Shown here in pieces: positions 36,123 through 55,429 of a stretch of DNA of 64,000 nucleotides. The notes under the pieces are model-generated. The model ran no database searches, was not told the origin of the DNA, and saw only the letters and a list, made by a program, of their open reading frames with translations. The position numbers and the translations under genes are program-made. Origin of the DNA: Escherichia coli (GTDB lineage: Bacteria > Pseudomonadota > Gammaproteobacteria > Enterobacterales > Enterobacteriaceae); NCBI RefSeq assembly GCF_003334255.1, contig NZ_QOWU01000010.1. One strand, given 5' to 3'. Positions within the stretch are counted from its first letter, which is position 1. Every line of letters starts with the position of its first letter.

Positions 36123-36758
36123 TCAGATGTCAACTTTCTCTTTGTATTCACAAAGATCTTCAATAATACAAGAGCCACAGCGGGGCTTGCGGGCAATGCA
36201 GGTATAACGCCCGTGCAGGATCAACCAATGGTGGCAGTCGACTTTAAACTCTGCTGGAACCACTTTCAGTAGCTTTTCTTCTACCTGTTCGACGTTTTTC
36301 CCCGGCGCAAATTGAGTACGATTACAAACGCGGAAAATGTGCGTGTCGACAGCAATAGTCGGCCAGCCGAATGCAGTGTTTAATACGACGTTGGCTGTTT
36401 TACGACCTACGCCGGGCAGGGCTTCAAGCGCAGCACGATCTTCCGGAACCTCGCCATTATGCTGCTCCAGCAAGATACGGCAGGTTTTGATGATATTTTC
36501 TGCTTTGCTGTTATAAAGCCCAATCGTTTTGATATAGGTTTTCACCCCTTCAACGCCCAGTTCAAGCATCGCTGCAGGCGTATTCGCCACCGGGTAGAGT
36601 TTCGCCGTCGCCTTATTAACACTGACATCGGTCGCCTGAGCGGAAAGCAGTACGGCAATCAGCAATTCAAAAGGCGAACTGAAATTAAGCTCGGTGGTGG
36701 GATGAGGATTGTTCTCACGCAGGCGAGTGAGGATCTCCAGGCGTTTTGCTTTATTCAT
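36123..36758 (-). CDS. nth: Endonuclease III (DNA glycosylase/AP lyase), 211 aa
   Basis: HhH-GPD domain and C-terminal 4Fe-4S cluster motif (CIARKPRCGSCIIEDLC). Confidence 0.96.
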   Translation of the reverse strand: MNKAKRLEILTRLRENNPHPTTELNFSSPFELLIAVLLSAQATDVSVNKATAKLYPVANTPAAMLELGVEGVKTYIKTIGLYNSKAENIIKTCRILLEQHNGEVPEDRAALEALPGVGRKTANVVLNTAFGWPTIAVDTHIFRVCNRTQFAPGKNVEQVEEKLLKVVPAEFKVDCHHWLILHGRYTCIARKPRCGSCIIEDLCEYKEKVDI

Positions 36759-37453
36759 CAGACATTCCCTGTTTCACCGTTTGGCAATGCACGTTCTGCA
36801 GCTGCTTCAGCACGGCGCTTTTTCATTCTTTCATCAATCAGGTATTTTCCTGCCAGCATCAGTCCCAGGCCAATAAATGCACCTGGTGGCAGCATCGCCA
36901 GCAGGAAAGGGGAGTCGGTGTGGAAAATCTCCACGCGTAATACTTTTGCCCAGCTACCTAACAGCGCATCTGCACCGTCAAACAATGTGCCATTGCCGAT
37001 AATTTCGCGTAGTGAACCCAGCACGAACATGGCGCAGGTTGCGCCCATACCAATTGAAAAGCCGTCCAGTGCCGAAAGCGCCGGACCTTTTTTGGCGGCG
37101 AAGGCTTCAGCGCGGCCCACAACGATACAGTTAGTGACAATCAGCGGAATAAAAATCCCTAATGATTGATACAGGCCAAAGGCGTAGGCGTTGATCAGCA
37201 TCTGTACAGCGCTGACCACCGAGGCGATGATCATCACGTAAATGGGAATGCGGATCTCGGCTGGCGTCCAGTGACGCAGCGTCGAAATGGTCAGGTTGGT
37301 CAGCGTCAGTACCAGCGTAGTCGCAAGTCCTAAACCCAGAGCGTTAGTGGCAGTGGACGTGACCGCCAACAGAGGACAAAGGCCGAGCAACTGGACCAGC
37401 GCAGAGTTGTTTTTCCACAACCCCTGAACAATAACGTCTTTAATTTCGCTCAC
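36758..37453 (-). CDS. rsxE: Rsx/Rnf electron transport complex subunit E, 231 aa
   Basis: Polytopic membrane protein; operon position rsxABCDGE-nth. Confidence 0.93.
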   Translation of the reverse strand: MSEIKDVIVQGLWKNNSALVQLLGLCPLLAVTSTATNALGLGLATTLVLTLTNLTISTLRHWTPAEIRIPIYVMIIASVVSAVQMLINAYAFGLYQSLGIFIPLIVTNCIVVGRAEAFAAKKGPALSALDGFSIGMGATCAMFVLGSLREIIGNGTLFDGADALLGSWAKVLRVEIFHTDSPFLLAMLPPGAFIGLGLMLAGKYLIDERMKKRRAEAAAERALPNGETGNV

Positions 37454-37456
37454 GCT

Positions 37457-38077
37457 TTATTCTCCACAGGCAGGAAGTTGAGAAAGTTGTGCCGGTAACG
37501 TCTGAGCGTACAATCCGGCGCGTTTTACCGCATTAACCACCGCGCGGGGAGTAATCGTCGCGCCGGTGAACTGGTCGAAATCACCACCATCTTTCTTCAC
37601 CGCCCAGTGCGCATCATCTGCACCACTGATTTTTTTACCCGCAAAATGGGTGATCCAGTCAGAAAGGCGCAGTTCGATTTTATCGCCAAGCCCTGGCGTT
37701 TCGTGGTGCTCTGTCACGCGCGTGCCAAGTACCGTGCCGTTAAAATCGGCTCCCACCAGCAGCTGAATCGCACCGGAATAGCCATCTGGCGCGGTTGCTT
37801 CCAGAACGGCGGCTACCGGTTTGTCATCCTGTTTGGCGATGTAAACCCGATGCTCACCTTTACCTAACTCTGGCGCAGTTACCAGATAGCAACTCTGTGC
37901 CAGCGCATTGTTATAGCGTTCGGCTGGCAGCACCTGATCAAATAACGCCTTTTGTTGCAGACTGGCCTGTTCAGCAATCGTCGTTTTGGTCATCTGGTTG
38001 ATGGCCGCAGTTAACCCTGTTGAACCCGCTGCAAATAGCGCCAACGTAATGCCGTGTTTTCGGATAGTTTTCAGCAT
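37457..38077 (-). CDS. rsxG: Rsx/Rnf complex subunit G (FMN-binding), 206 aa
   Basis: Translation and operon position. Confidence 0.93.
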   Translation of the reverse strand: MLKTIRKHGITLALFAAGSTGLTAAINQMTKTTIAEQASLQQKALFDQVLPAERYNNALAQSCYLVTAPELGKGEHRVYIAKQDDKPVAAVLEATAPDGYSGAIQLLVGADFNGTVLGTRVTEHHETPGLGDKIELRLSDWITHFAGKKISGADDAHWAVKKDGGDFDQFTGATITPRAVVNAVKRAGLYAQTLPAQLSQLPACGE

Positions 38078-38080
38078 GGT

Positions 38081-39139
38081 TTACCCTTTGCGATGGCCGT
38101 AGACGCGCGGACGCGTGTAGTAATCGATCAGAGGAACCGTGATGTTCGCCAGCAGGACGGCAAAAGCCACGCCGTCAGGATAGCCGCCGAAACTGCGGAT
38201 CAACCAGACTAATAAGCCCGCAAGCGCGCCGAAAATAAGACGACCACGATTGGTCGTAGAAGCGGTAACCGGGTCAGTCAAAATAAAGAATGCGCCGAGC
38301 ATGGTCGCTCCAGACAGCAGATGAATTTGCGGTGCTGCCAGTGTTTCTGGTGAGAACAACCAGCCCAACATTGCGCATAACGCCAGCGTTACTAAGAAGC
38401 TGAGGGGAATATGCCAGCGAATCGCTTTCTGCCATAGCAACCATACGCCGCCAGCCAGCCAGGCGAGATTTACCCATTGCCAACCAGCGCCCGCCAGAAT
38501 ACCGCTGTAGATCGGATATTGCATAATCTGTTCAACCGAATGACCGGCACGGACAGAGGTTTTAAATGTATCCAGCGGTGTCGCCTGACTAATGCCATCA
38601 ATACCTAAGCGTAGTGTGTTCATATCACCACCACTGGCGGTATGACCGCTAAAAATAACCTGGATGGCGTCGATAAAACCAGGGATGTTGACCGCAATTT
38701 CATGTGGCGGTAACCAGCTGGTCATCTGCACGGGGAAGGAGATCAGTAAGACCACATAACCAATCATTGCCGGATTAAACGGGTTTTGTCCCAGACCGCC
38801 ATACAACTGTTTAGCGATGATCACCGCAAACACCGTACCCAGCACGACCATCCACCATGGCGCGAGGGGGGGAATACTTACCGCCAGCAATAAGCCTGTC
38901 AGCAATGCTGAGTTATCTTTCAACGTTGCGGCTACCGACTGCTTGCGTAGTTTGAGTACGAGAGCTTCGGCTAACAGAGCACTAACCGATGCCAACAGGA
39001 TCTGAACGAGAGTACCCCAACCAAAAAACCACAGTTGCGCTGCGATTCCTGGCACGGCTGCGAGCAACACCAACAGCATAATGCGCGATGTCTGGCGCTG
39101 GTTATGGGTATAAGGGGAGCTAGCTATTCTGAATACCAT
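38081..39139 (-). CDS. rsxD: Rsx/Rnf complex subunit D, 352 aa
   Basis: Polytopic membrane protein (NqrB/RnfD family). Confidence 0.93.
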   Translation of the reverse strand: MVFRIASSPYTHNQRQTSRIMLLVLLAAVPGIAAQLWFFGWGTLVQILLASVSALLAEALVLKLRKQSVAATLKDNSALLTGLLLAVSIPPLAPWWMVVLGTVFAVIIAKQLYGGLGQNPFNPAMIGYVVLLISFPVQMTSWLPPHEIAVNIPGFIDAIQVIFSGHTASGGDMNTLRLGIDGISQATPLDTFKTSVRAGHSVEQIMQYPIYSGILAGAGWQWVNLAWLAGGVWLLWQKAIRWHIPLSFLVTLALCAMLGWLFSPETLAAPQIHLLSGATMLGAFFILTDPVTASTTNRGRLIFGALAGLLVWLIRSFGGYPDGVAFAVLLANITVPLIDYYTRPRVYGHRKG

Positions 39140-41932
<2,793 letters not shown>

Positions 41933-41933
<1 letters not shown>

Positions 41934-42514
41934 TACAACTTCACCAAACCACTAAAGCCCATAAAGGCCAGAGACATAAGACCTGCGGTAATTAACGCAA
42001 TGGCATTACCGCGAAAAGGTGCCGGGACATCAGCCACAGCAAGGCGTTCGCGGATGGCGGCGAAGAGCACCATCACCAGCGAGAAACCGACAGCGGCGGA
42101 AAAACCGTACAGCGCCGACTGCAAGAAATTGTGCCCGAGATTGATATTCAGCAACGCCACGCCGAGCACTGCACAGTTGGTGGTGATAAGCGGCAAAAAA
42201 ATCCCCAGCAGACGGTAAAGCACCGGGCTGGTTTTGCGCACCACCATCTCGGTGAACTGCACGACCACAGCAATCACCAGAATAAATGCCAGGGTGCGCA
42301 GGTAAATCAGATTAAGTGGGATCAAAATCCACGTATCGATAAGCCAGGCGCAAATAGACGCCAGCGTCATCACAAACGTTGTTGCCAGCCCCATGCCCAT
42401 CGCGGTTTCCAGTTTTTTGGAAACCCCCATAAACGGACAGAGACCGAGAAACTTGACCAGTACAAAGTTATTGACCAGTACAGTTCCGACAAACAGTAAC
42501 AGGTAGTCAGTCAT
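41933..42514 (-). CDS. rsxA: Rsx/Rnf complex subunit A, 193 aa
   Basis: 6-TM membrane protein; first gene of rsx operon. Confidence 0.94.
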
Positions 42515-42590
42515 TTTTCGGCCTGAAATAAAAAAGCCGCCTATTATCCGTTAATCCAGAGCAGGCGACAACAGGTTAACTGTAAGGTTA

Positions 42591-43031
42591 TTACGGATTC
42601 ACAAACGTCGCTTTTACCCGCGACGAGCGTTTGAAATAGGGGACGATCAATGCGGTTGCCAACAAAGTAAACAGCAACTGGCGAACGGCTATGCCATCTT
42701 CCACGGGTGAAAAAGCGAATGCTTTTACTGCCAGCAATACGGAAATAAGCAGCCAGATAATATAGTGTTTAGGAACACAACGCCGACGTTTAAAGAAAGC
42801 GATGGTCAACCACAGTGTGTAATACCACAAGGCGATAGCGGTAATAAAAGAAACGCCCCATAAGATTTGTGTCGTCAGTGCTTGTCCGCCGAGCGTTTGA
42901 AATGTTTGCGGAGAAGATAACGCAGCGGTATACAGCAACAACGCCAGCGTCGTACTCAACAGAGCGACTAAAAGCCAGGCCAACGGGCCAAGCAACCAGC
43001 CTCCAATACGTTGTGGCGTTGTGGTGGTCAT
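42591..43031 (-). CDS. ydgK: Inner membrane protein YdgK (DUF2569), 146 aa
   Basis: Start set at MTTTTPQRIGGWLLGPLAWLL; 4-TM small membrane protein. Confidence 0.85.
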   Translation of the reverse strand: MTTTTPQRIGGWLLGPLAWLLVALLSTTLALLLYTAALSSPQTFQTLGGQALTTQILWGVSFITAIALWYYTLWLTIAFFKRRRCVPKHYIIWLLISVLLAVKAFAFSPVEDGIAVRQLLFTLLATALIVPYFKRSSRVKATFVNP

Positions 43032-43116
43032 AGGTTCTCCAGAATAGCGACGCAAACAGGCAAATCTAATTTTAGGGGCGTTATTATAAGGCTTTTATAA
43101 CCGATCGCTACTTTCT

Positions 43117-43332
43117 TTATTGGACATAGTGCCAGACGGACTTCGGTACCTGGCCGAGGTCAAACAAACGCCCGCCAGAAACCAGCTCTGCGCGACGGTG
43201 ATCGGCAGCACGATACATATTGATCAGTTCCTGATCGTCCGTCAGGGTGTAATTAAGATGGTCGTAGAGTTTTTCCAGACTTTCGAGTGAACTGATTTTG
43301 CGAAATTTTAATAAGTAGTCCTGAACAGTCAT
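43117..43332 (-). CDS. cnu: Cnu (YdgT), Hha-family nucleoid-associated modulator, 71 aa
   Basis: [50 protein letters not shown]... Confidence 0.95.
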
Positions 43333-43604
43333 AAAAGGTCCATAAAATAATTAATACCAAAGGGGTAGGTATTATTAGTGATGATAAAATTTCACCAAAA
43401 GTGAACGCTTGTGTTATTACAATAATAAGAATGCACTGATGGCAAATATTCAGGGATGAAAAACTGCTCTGAAAAGAGTAACGCGCTTTACTATCCCTGA
43501 CAATCACCAACAACATCGAACAAGATAATAAATTCCTGGTTTAATATCCGACAAGTGAAAACATGCACCCGGACGGGCAGCATGTCGCTCCACAAGTGCA
43601 GAGC

Positions 43605-43730
43605 TTACTTGTGTTGTACCGAAGCACTCTGTTCAGGTGGCTGATAGTTGTCAATGTGACTCGCCACGCCAAGAAGAATGACTGAAACGACAAGAACGAT
43701 CCAACCTGTTAATTCAATAAGACGATTCAT
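43605..43730 (-). CDS. blr: Blr, small divisome-associated membrane protein, 41 aa
   Basis: MNRLIELTGWIVLVVSVILLGVASHIDNYQPPEQSASVQHK; the 66-aa ORF in the track is an upstream extension. Confidence 0.8.
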   Translation of the reverse strand: MNRLIELTGWIVLVVSVILLGVASHIDNYQPPEQSASVQHK

Positions 43731-43972
43731 TACAGCCCACATCTCTCTTGATTGATCCATTAACTTCAGGGGGTAAATGTTACTTAGCAATAATAGCTCC
43801 AGCAAGATTTTTACTGAGGTTTTTGCGATATTTAGCTTTTGTCGTTGGAAAATTCGCTATTTTTTTGACTTAAGTTAAACAACATCCCTTATTGCTGGCA
43901 GGTTATTAAACTGTTGAGCGTGGGTAAAGGATAGTGTCAAATAGCCATCATACTTCAATGAGAGGCAATGAC

Positions 43973-45013
43973 ATGAGCGACAACATCCGTGTTGGGTTGA
44001 TTGGGTATGGTTATGCGAGCAAAACCTTCCATGCGCCCCTGATTGCGGGCACGCCCGGGCTGGAACTGGCGGTAATCTCCAGCAGTGATGAAACAAAAGT
44101 AAAAGCCGACTGGCCAACGGTTACGGTTGTCTCTGAGCCGAAGCATCTGTTTAACGATCCCAACATAGACCTGATTGTCATTCCTACACCCAACGATACC
44201 CATTTCCCGTTAGCCAAAGCGGCGCTTGAGGCGGGTAAACATGTGGTCGTTGATAAACCCTTTACCGTGACACTGTCACAAGCGCGAGAGCTGGATGCGC
44301 TGGCAAAAAGCCTGGGGCGTGTGCTGTCTGTATTCCATAACCGTCGCTGGGATAGCGATTTCTTGACGCTAAAAGGTTTACTCGCGGAAGGCGTGCTGGG
44401 TGAAGTTGCTTACTTTGAGTCTCATTTTGACCGCTTCCGTCCGCAGGTGCGCGATCGTTGGCGTGAACAGGGCGGCCCAGGCAGCGGTATCTGGTACGAT
44501 TTAGCACCACATCTTCTTGATCAGGCCATTACGCTTTTTGGTTTACCGGTCAGCATGACGGTAGATTTGGCACAGTTACGGCCCGGAGCGCAGTCGACCG
44601 ATTATTTCCACGCCATCTTGTCCTATCCACAGCGGCGAGTCATTTTACACGGTACCATGCTGGCAGCCGCTGAGTCAGCACGGTATATCGTGCATGGATC
44701 CCTAGGCAGTTATGTGAAATATGGCCTCGATCCACAGGAAGAACGTCTGAAAAATGGCGAGCGTCTACCGCAGGAAGACTGGGGCTACGATATGCGTGAT
44801 GGCGTACTTACCCGCGTGGAAGGTGAGGAACGTGTCGAAGAAACGCTGTTGACGGTGCCTGGGAATTATCCGGCTTACTATGCGGCTATTCGTGATGCGT
44901 TAAATGGCGATGGTGAAAATCCGGTTCCGGCAAGCCAGGCAATCCAGGTAATGGAGTTGATTGAGCTGGGCATCGAATCCGCCAAACATCGCGCGACTTT
45001 GTGCCTTGCATGA
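43973..45013 (+). CDS. ydgJ: YdgJ, Gfo/Idh/MocA-family NAD(P)-dependent oxidoreductase, 346 aa
   Basis: N-terminal Rossmann fold (RVGLIGYGYASKTFHAPLI); start set at MSDNIRVG. Confidence 0.9.
   Translation: MSDNIRVGLIGYGYASKTFHAPLIAGTPGLELAVISSSDETKVKADWPTVTVVSEPKHLFNDPNIDLIVIPTPNDTHFPLAKAALEAGKHVVVDKPFTVTLSQARELDALAKSLGRVLSVFHNRRWDSDFLTLKGLLAEGVLGEVAYFESHFDRFRPQVRDRWREQGGPGSGIWYDLAPHLLDQAITLFGLPVSMTVDLAQLRPGAQSTDYFHAILSYPQRRVILHGTMLAAAESARYIVHGSLGSYVKYGLDPQEERLKNGERLPQEDWGYDMRDGVLTRVEGEERVEETLLTVPGNYPAYYAAIRDALNGDGENPVPASQAIQVMELIELGIESAKHRATLCLA
44267..44279. other. matS-consensus site (GTGACACTGTCAC) for MatP, inside ydgJ
   Basis: Exact match to GTGACRNYGTCAC read directly in the sequence. 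Confidence 0.6.
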
Positions 45014-45046
45014 AAAATGGATGGTGCATTTGCACCATCCATTTTG

Positions 45047-46048
45047 TTACTTCGCGGCGACTTTTTCTCGCAGTGCGCGTTTTTCCTCAGCGCTGAGGAA
45101 AGCCATTTCCAGACCATTAATCTGTGCCTGGCGGATTTGCTCGCGGGATAACCCAGCAGCTGGCGCGGCAACGGTATATTCGTGAATGATATCCACTCCC
45201 TGTACGCCGGGATCGTCAGTGTTAATGCTGGCACGAATGCCATGCTCAAGGAACGTTTTCAGCGGATGTGCAGCCAGCTCTGCTACGGTGCTGGTCTGAA
45301 TATTGGAGGTCAGACAGGATTCAATACCAATTTGTTGCTCGGCGAGAAAATCCATCAGCGCCCGATCTTCAATGGCTTTTACGCCATGTCCAATACGCTC
45401 CGCACCCAGTTCACGAATCGCCTGCCAGATGCTTTCCGGCCCGGCAGCTTCGCCTGCATGGACGGTAATATGCCAGCCCGCATCACGCGCGCGGTTGAAG
45501 TGAGAAAGGAACAGACTTCCCGGGAAACCAAGTTCATCACCGGCTAAATCAAGTGCGGTAATCTGGTCACGGTGGGCTAAAAAGGCCTCCAGCTCTTGCT
45601 GACAGGCGGCTTCGCCGAAGGTCCGGCTCATAATGCCGATAAGCTTCGCCTGCACACCAAAGGTGCGGCAACCTTCACGTACGCCATCGATCACCGCTTC
45701 GACAACACCCGCTACAGGCAGCTGATGTGCCATTGCCATGTAGCCTGGTGAAAAACGCAGCTCGACATAGTGCAGGCCGTGACGGGCTGCATCTTCAATG
45801 TTTTCAAATGCCACGCGGCGACAGGCATCAAGAGAGGCGAGAACTTTAACGCCCCAGTCAAGTTTGGTCAGAAAGCTCACCAGATCGGGTTCGTTGGCAA
45901 TGACCTGAACGTGGGGAATCAGTGTTTCCAGGGATTGTGCAGGAAGCGAGATATTATACTGGCGGCCAAGTTCAAGAATGGTCTGGGGACGAATGTTGCC
46001 ATCAAGGTGGCGATGGATATCAGTTAATGGCAGGGTGGTATCAATCAT
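45047..46048 (-). CDS. add: Adenosine deaminase, 333 aa
   Basis: [31 protein letters not shown]... (metal-dependent hydrolase HxH motif). Confidence 0.96.
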
Positions 46049-46151
46049 GGTCGCACTCTTTTTCTGGATATAAAAGTGCGCACCATTATAAAAACAAAGC
46101 AGGGTAAAAATCCACGATTGCGCAACGATTTTTTACGTTGCGCAATTGGGG

Positions 46152-47324
46152 TTAACGAACAGCGCGGATGGCGTTAATTAATCCAGCCACACCTTTTTCC
46201 AGTTTCGAACGTGGGCAGCCGGCATTGAGACGGACAAAACCACGACCTTCTTCACCGTAGGTATACCCCGGCATGATCGCGACTTTTTCTTGTTCGATAA
46301 GTGCTTTTTGCAACGCGTTGTCGTCAATATTCAACGGACGTAAATCAAGCCATGCCAGATAAGTGGATTGTGGGATCTGCCAGTTGAGTTCAGGAAACGC
46401 GGCGTTCATTTTATCTGCGATATACGTCAGGTTATCTTTCAGATAGATGCGTAAGGCATCCAGCCACGGCGCGCCTTGCTGATAGGCGGCGATATGGGCA
46501 GTTAACGCCAGTACCGAAGGGGAAGAAAGCCCATCACGGCCTTTCAGTGCCGATAAATAGGCATCGCGGCTACTGCTATTTTCTATAATCCCGTAAGCAC
46601 CGGTCAGGGCGGGAATATTGAAACTTTTCGAGCCCGACGTTAGCAACGCCCAGTCTCCGCGAGCCACATTACTCCAGGGAATATGCGGCTGCTCGCCCCA
46701 AACCATATCCATATGGATTTCATCGGAAATAACCCGCACACCATGACGCTCGCACAGGTCAGCCATGATCTCCAGCTCATCGCACGTCCACACTTTCCCG
46801 GTAGGATTCTGTGGGCTACACAGGAGCATAATTTTACATTCTGGTTTCGCCAACACGGCTTCCAACTTGCCCATATCGCAAAACCAACCATCAGCCTGCT
46901 TCTCTAAAGCAACGGGCATTACTGTGCGCTGGTTACCTTCAATGGCCTTGTAAAATGCGTCATAGGCGGGTGTGTGGATCACCACGCCTTCACCTGTTTC
47001 AGACCACTGACGAATCAGTTCTGAAACCATATAGATGACAGAAGGGCCATACACCACCGTCTGAGAATCGATGGCGGTGTAATGCTGGGTGGAAAACCAG
47101 TGGGCAATAGCCGCGAGAAACTCATCGTTTTTCCAGCGGCTGTAGCCAAATACGCCGTGCATCAGGCGCTGATTCAGCGCCTCGATAATGCAGGGGGCAG
47201 TGGCAAAATCCATGTCTGAAATCGTGAACGGTAACAGGTCAGCAGTGCCGAAACGGTCAGCGACATAATCCCACTGTGTACACCATGTGCCATGACGATC
47301 CACGACCTTTGAAAAATCGAACAT
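46152..47324 (-). CDS. malY: MalY, PLP-dependent cystathionine beta-lyase / maltose regulon modulator, 390 aa
   Basis: Aminotransferase class I/II fold translation; operon malXY. Confidence 0.94.
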   Translation of the reverse strand: MFDFSKVVDRHGTWCTQWDYVADRFGTADLLPFTISDMDFATAPCIIEALNQRLMHGVFGYSRWKNDEFLAAIAHWFSTQHYTAIDSQTVVYGPSVIYMVSELIRQWSETGEGVVIHTPAYDAFYKAIEGNQRTVMPVALEKQADGWFCDMGKLEAVLAKPECKIMLLCSPQNPTGKVWTCDELEIMADLCERHGVRVISDEIHMDMVWGEQPHIPWSNVARGDWALLTSGSKSFNIPALTGAYGIIENSSSRDAYLSALKGRDGLSSPSVLALTAHIAAYQQGAPWLDALRIYLKDNLTYIADKMNAAFPELNWQIPQSTYLAWLDLRPLNIDDNALQKALIEQEKVAIMPGYTYGEEGRGFVRLNAGCPRSKLEKGVAGLINAIRAVR

Positions 47325-47333
47325 ATCTTATCC

Positions 47334-50129
<2,796 letters not shown>

Positions 50130-50240
50130 TCCTCTCTTTATCTGCTATACCTGGTAGTGTCCTTTCCTCAAGGTTAATGATAAAAAATGTGGCACACAGG
50201 CGGTGCCTTTTATTTTTACTGAAGTTCACAGGAGGTTTAT

Positions 50241-51008
50241 GTGTTTAATTCTGACAACCTGAGACTCGACGGAAAATGCGCCATCATCACAGGTGCGGGT
50301 GCAGGTATTGGTAAAGAAATCGCCATTACATTCGCGACAGCTGGCGCATCTGTGGTGGTCAGTGATATTAACGCCGACGCAGCTAACCATGTTGTAGACG
50401 AAATTCAACAACTGGGTGGTCAGGCATTTGCCTGCCGTTGTGATATTACTTCCGAACAGGAACTCTCTGCACTGGCAGACTTTGCTATCAGTAAGCTGGG
50501 TAAAGTTGATATTCTGGTTAACAACGCCGGTGGCGGTGGACCTAAACCGTTTGATATGCCAATGGCGGATTTTCGCCGTGCTTATGAACTGAATGTGTTT
50601 TCTTTTTTCCATCTGTCACAACTTGTTGCGCCAGAAATGGAAAAAAATGGCGGTGGCGTTATTCTGACCATCACTTCTATGGCGGCAGAAAATAAAAATA
50701 TAAACATGACTTCCTATGCATCATCTAAAGCTGCGGCCAGTCATCTGGTCAGAAATATGGCGTTTGACCTGGGTGAAAAAAATATTCGGGTAAATGGCAT
50801 TGCGCCGGGGGCAATATTAACCGATGCCCTGAAATCCGTTATTACACCAGAAATTGAACAAAAAATGTTACAGCACACGCCGATCAGACGTCTGGGCCAA
50901 CCGCAAGATATTGCTAACGCAGCGCTGTTCCTTTGCTCGCCTGCTGCGAGCTGGGTAAGCGGACAAATTCTCACCGTCTCCGGTGGTGGGGTACAGGAGC
51001 TCAATTAA
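50241..51008 (+). CDS. hdhA: 7-alpha-hydroxysteroid dehydrogenase (SDR family), 255 aa
   Basis: SDR motifs TGAGAGIG and YASSKAA in translation. Confidence 0.95.
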   Translation: MFNSDNLRLDGKCAIITGAGAGIGKEIAITFATAGASVVVSDINADAANHVVDEIQQLGGQAFACRCDITSEQELSALADFAISKLGKVDILVNNAGGGGPKPFDMPMADFRRAYELNVFSFFHLSQLVAPEMEKNGGGVILTITSMAAENKNINMTSYASSKAAASHLVRNMAFDLGEKNIRVNGIAPGAILTDALKSVITPEIEQKMLQHTPIRRLGQPQDIANAALFLCSPAASWVSGQILTVSGGGVQELN

Positions 51009-51020
51009 TACACTAACGGA

Positions 51021-51051
51021 CCGGTAAACAACCGTGCGTGTTGTTTACCGG
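51021..51051. other. Perfect 12-bp inverted repeat with 7-bp spacer immediately after hdhA (stem-loop / possible protein site)
   Basis: CCGGTAAACAAC-CGTGCGT-GTTGTTTACCGG; no U-tract follows. Confidence 0.5.
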
Positions 51052-51228
51052 GATAAACTCATCAACGTCTCTGCTAAATAACTGGCAGCCAAATCACGGC
51101 TATTGGTTAACCAATTTCAGAGTGAAAAGTATACGAATAGAGTGTGCCTTCGCACTATTCAACAGCAATGATAGGCGCTCACCTGACAACGCGGTAAACT
51201 AGTTATTCACGCTAACTATAATGGTTTA

Positions 51229-51819
51229 ATGATGGATAACATGCAGACTGAAGCACAACCGACACGGACCCGGATCCTCAATGCTGCCAGAGAGATTTTT
51301 TCAGAAAATGGATTTCACAGTGCCTCGATGAAAGCCATCTGTAAATCTTGCGCCATTAGTCCCGGGACGCTCTATCACCATTTCATCTCCAAAGAAGCCT
51401 TGATTCAGGCGATTATCTTACAGGACCAGGAGAGGGCGCTGGCCCGTTTCCGGGAACCGATTGAAGGGATTCATTTCGTTGACTATATGGTCGAGTCCAT
51501 TGTCTCTCTCACCCATGAAGCCTTTGGACAACGGGCGCTGGTGGTTGAAATTATGGCGGAAGGGATGCGTAACCCACAGGTCGCCGCCATGCTTAAAAAT
51601 AAGCATATGACGATCACGGAATTTGTTGCCCAGCGGATGCGTGATGCCCAGCAAAAAGGCGAGATAAGCCCAGACATCAACACGGCAATGACTTCACGTT
51701 TACTGCTGGATCTGACCTACGGTGTACTGGCCGATATCGAAGCGGAAGACCTGGCGCGTGAAGCGTCGTTTGCTCAGGGATTACGCGCGATGATTGGCGG
51801 TATCTTAACCGCATCCTGA
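51229..51819 (+). CDS. uidR: UidR (GusR), TetR-family repressor of the glucuronide operon, 196 aa
   Basis: TetR HTH (RILNAAREIFSENGFHSASMKAICKSCAISPGTLYHHF). Confidence 0.95.
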   Translation: MMDNMQTEAQPTRTRILNAAREIFSENGFHSASMKAICKSCAISPGTLYHHFISKEALIQAIILQDQERALARFREPIEGIHFVDYMVESIVSLTHEAFGQRALVVEIMAEGMRNPQVAAMLKNKHMTITEFVAQRMRDAQQKGEISPDINTAMTSRLLLDLTYGVLADIEAEDLAREASFAQGLRAMIGGILTAS

Positions 51820-52158
51820 TTCTCTCTCTTTTTCGGCGGGCTGGTGATAACTGTGCCCGCGTTTCATATCGTAATTTCTCTGTGCAAAAATTATCCTTCC
51901 CGGCTTCGGAGAATTCCCCCCAAAATATTCACTGTAGCCATATGTCATGAGAGTTTATCGTTCCCAATACGCTCGAACGAACGTTCGGTTGCTTATTTTA
52001 TGGCTTCTGTCAACGCTGTTTTAAAGATTAATGCGATCTATATCACGCTGTGGGTATTGCAGTTTTTGGTTTTTTGATCGCGGTGTCAGTTCTTTTTATT
52101 TCCATTTCTCTTCCATGGGTTTCTCACAGATAACTGTGTGCAACACAGAATTGGTTAA

Positions 52159-55391
<3,233 letters not shown>

Positions 55392-55429
55392 TATTCAATA
55401 AAAATAATCAGAACATCAAAGGTGCAACT

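Noticed and set aside
36459-37169. 236-aa plus-strand ORF spanning the nth/rsxE junction
   Set aside because: Antisense to two well-supported genes in an operon; no independent support
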